A stretch of DNA of 63,256 nt, the filler included, from Chiloscyllium plagiosum (taxonomy: Eukaryota), in the NCBI RefSeq assembly GCF_004010195.1. It is 3 parts of one record of this genome, joined end to end, with 100 filler letters (N's around TTAATTAATTAA, not from the genome) between each part and the next. Parts side by side here need not be neighbours in the genome. Positions count along the whole stretch, not along the records: positions 48,302 to 63,256 come from NC_057713.1; 2 more parts are not named here. The stretch is one strand, 5' to 3'. Of the stretch, positions 62,990 through 63,256 are shown piece by piece (the stretch's first letter is position 1; each line of letters begins with the position of its first letter). Under the pieces are notes generated by a model. It was given only the letters and a program-made list of their open reading frames with translations. It ran no database searches and was not told where the DNA came from. A program made the position numbers and the translations under genes.

Positions 62990-63256
62990 GCTCACCTGCA
63001 CTGACACTCGCTTGCCACTTGCCAGCACTCATGCTAGCTCGCCCGCTCGCACTCACTTTGGATTGCTTACAGTCACTCTCGCTCGTTCGCCCACACTCTC
63101 TCTCACTTGCCCGCTCTCGCTCACCCGTTCGCCCACACTCTCACTCGCTTGCCCGCACTCGCTCTCGCTCGCTCGCTTGCCCGCACTAGCTCTCACTCGC
63201 TTGCCCGCACTCGCGCTCGCTCGCCCGCCCGCACTCGCTCTCGCTCGCCCGCCCGC
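62990..63256. repeat. GC-rich low-complexity tandem repeat (CTCG/CCCG units, e.g. GCCCGCACTCGCTCTCGCTC), runs off the right edge
   Basis: Read directly from the sequence. Confidence 0.85.

Overview
This is repeat-dense eukaryotic DNA. The retroposon content (HE1-like V-SINEs, CR1/HER1-like LINEs, Penelope-like elements) points to a cartilaginous fish (shark). The only confidently identified host-gene sequence is two + strand coding exons of ARFGEF1/BIG1 (51122-51152 and 60562-60718, corresponding to vertebrate exons 2 and 3); exon 1 was not found. The window opens with a ~6.2 kb satellite of a 22-bp unit. The rest is mostly nested CR1 and other LINEs, SINEs, an L1 5' end, a decayed Gypsy element, TA-flanked MITEs and three assembly gaps. 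Two of the gaps carry an artificial TTAATTAATTAA linker. The most notable signal is more than 12 short Penelope-type terminal repeats from at least three sequence families. All carry a minimal type-I hammerhead ribozyme motif (CTGANGA-A-stem II-GAAA-palindrome-UH) with compensatory stem changes between families. Several are 140-230 bp fold-back (inverted) mini-elements flanked by 13-15 bp target-site duplications. Nearly all ORFs in the supplied track are repeat-derived or spurious. Element boundaries were read by eye and are approximate unless stated.
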